Assembly: GCF_018977255.1 (NCBI RefSeq)
Contig: NW_024704749.1
Location: 14,260,001-14,324,000 of the forward strand
Length of the DNA: 64,000 nt
Source: Callorhinchus milii
Lineage: Eukaryota
Direction of reading: 5' to 3'
How positions within the stretch are numbered: position 1 is the stretch's first letter; every line of letters begins with the position of its first letter. Positions 62,231 to 64,000 of the stretch are shown here, in pieces. Under the pieces are notes generated by a model. The model was given only the letters and a program-made list of their open reading frames with translations, did no database searches and had not been told where the DNA came from. The position numbers and the translations under genes are program-made.

Positions 62231-63195
62231 CGTTTAGAGGGAGGCCGGTGTAAGTTGGGGTAATTATTATCACGTGCAAACAGTGGGTCTAATTCACGGT
62301 AATTTATTTTAATGGGATTCGTGTCTAAGGGAACCCTGTCCCGACTCCCGTGAAACCCAGGACTGGAACTCAATTGTTGCGGCTGGACACGTTTCATGCC
62401 GGCAGGCCCTTTAAATTGGAGGCTTTCTGACACGGCATTTAAAATCCCTGAACGCACCCTTGTTGTTGCGTGAACGTCATTCAGGCAACAACAAAAAAAA
62501 ACGTTTACAATTCCACTTCCAAGTTTTGCAGTTAGACTAAACAGCCGGACATGGTTTAATCTGAATTATTTGACTTCCACTTCGTGCAGGTTGGGCAAAG
62601 AGAACAATTTTTTTTGTGTGCACACGCTTTACATTAACAACTTAATGGCTAACCCGTGACTGGCCCACCTCTCCAGGGGTGCGGAGGAGAAGGGAAGGGA
62701 GGTTGGAGGTAAGCAGGTAAGCAACTTAAAGCCAGATCTGAGCTGACTTTAAGGTGACTCGCTAGTGGGTTTGGTTTGGATTTGTGGCTTTTCCTTGTGG
62801 CCACAGCATCGAGTTTATGTGCTGTGGAGGAGATTCACCTCACTCTGTGTGCACTTTTATGGAGGGGTGGGGAGAGGGTGGGGAAGGAAAAGAGCAAAAG
62901 AAAAGGGTTAAGTGTTAGGAAGAGAGAGAGGGAGGGAAAGGGGTCGGGCATCTCAACAGCGATTGGAATACAATGCATAGAATTGACGAGATCACAGGAG
63001 CAGTTTAGATGCAGCCTCTTCTGCCCATTTAATTTGATCCCAAAACAAATGCTTTAAGACTCCCATTGGGAGCTGTTTCTTGTACGAGTCCAGTTTCCTG
63101 GTGTCTCAACCACCCCTTTCCCGGTAACTCCTTCCAGCTGTTGATCAGCCTCCAAAGTAAAGCAATGCTTTCCTGGTGTCTGCCCCTAACCTTGT

Positions 63196-63410
63196 GTCTT
63201 TTGGTGGGGGCAGCGTGGCAGCCAATTGCGCACAGTAATGTCTCACAAACAGCCATGGAGTGAGTGACCAACTTTATTGGGATGGATTGTAGACCAGGAC
63301 ACTGGGAGGGAGACAACTCCCCCCTTCTCTCTTCGAATAGCCCCATGGGATCTTTAACATCCATCTGAACAGGCAGGCGGGACCCTGGCTTAACGTCTCA
63401 TCCGTAGGAT
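63196..63410 (-). mobile_element. Deu-SINE core
   Basis: GGCAGCCAATTGCGCACAG...CCATGGGATCTTTAACATCCATCTGAACAGGCAGGCGGGACC...TTAACGTCTCATCCG. Confidence 0.83.
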
Positions 63411-63674
63411 GTCCCGGGAGCAGGTTAACAAAAAAAAGTGAACACGAATGGCTCCCAGAAAACTGACCAGGAGAGAAAATAAGGTGAACGAGATTTCAGG
63501 ATGTGAATGAAATCTACTCAAACGATGCTTCGAAAAGTCTGTGGGTTCACCAGCATTGAAATCTGGAACCGAGGTTAACTTCTAAGCTATAATATCCGTC
63601 CAGAGGCAATCTGAACAAACTATTTTGATGTGCAGCCTCAACAAAAGGGACGACAAAATGTCTCAATAAACCTA

Positions 63675-64000
63675 GCGGAGTCCTGCAGTTCAGTGGTTAG
63701 AGGACTCGCCTCGCAAGCGAAAGGACCTAGGTTCGATTCCCGGCAGGTGGCAAAAACCTTGGGCAAGTTTCCTACTCCACACACGCGTCTGATCATAATC
63801 CCTCAAAACAAACCAATAATAAAATTGGTCACTTGAATCCACGACTGTTTGTGGGAACGCTGCTGTGCGCAATTGGCTGCCGAGTTTCGTCCACAAAATA
63901 TACAGTCAATTCACTTTACAGTGTATTCCGTGAAGCGCTTTGAGACATCTAGAAGACATGATAAGGCGCTATGTCAAATGGAACGGTTATTATTATTTAT
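63675..64000 (+). mobile_element. Near full-length short tRNA-derived SINE (tRNA head, partial Deu body, L2-type tail)
   Basis: A-box-like CAGTTCAGTGG, B-box GGTTCGATTCC at 63730-63740, body TGTTTGTGGG...GCTGTGCGCAATTGGCTGCC, tail GTGAAGCGCTTTGAGAC...ATAAGGCGCTAT...(TTA)n. Confidence 0.88.

Noticed and set aside
63675-63750. tRNA gene (Val/Ala-like, CGC loop)
   Set aside because: It continues directly into the SINE body and tail and recurs at 30950-31016 and 34045; it is a SINE head with imperfect stems.
324-63896. The many 60-200 aa ORFs of the six-frame track
   Set aside because: Except where they overlap PAPPA or ASTN2 exons or LINE remnants, they are translations of SINEs (recurrent 'VKRFETS...ALYQMQGLL'), microsatellites (CVCVC, HTHT, SLSL) or G-runs, with no coding signature.
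359-64000. CRISPR-like recurring repeat (AAGCGCTTTGAGACGTCTC...)
   Set aside because: Copies are dispersed, in both orientations, irregularly spaced and diverged, with no cas genes; they are SINE tails in a vertebrate genome.

Overview
This window is eukaryotic (vertebrate) genomic DNA, not prokaryotic. The repeat content (dense tRNA/Deu-domain SINEs with L2-type tails, plus CR1 and L2 remnants) points to a cartilaginous fish, probably a holocephalan such as Callorhinchus; that assignment is inference. The + strand carries the last ten coding exons of PAPPA (pappalysin-1): the end of the central region, five CCP/sushi modules, LNR3 and the C-terminus. All junctions are GT-AG and phase-consistent, the stop is at 50234, and a ~5.1 kb 3'UTR probably ends near AATAAA 55356. 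The - strand carries the terminal exon of ASTN2 (59570-59333) and its 3'UTR, tail-to-tail with PAPPA as in mammals. Almost all of the supplied six-frame ORFs are spurious (repeat-derived or low-complexity). I found no convincing wholly new biological system. The best leads are: a triple-nested insertion (Deu-SINE > hAT-type MITE > younger SINE); a modular chimeric SINE family; a SINE tail that reads in frame into the last PAPPA exon as a signal-peptide-like leader; substitutions in the LNR3 specificity module; clustered let-7 and miR-15/16 seed sites in the 3'UTR; and several motif-dense intronic blocks that look like ancient conserved enhancers. Protein comparisons to human sequences are from memory, and repeat boundaries are approximate.
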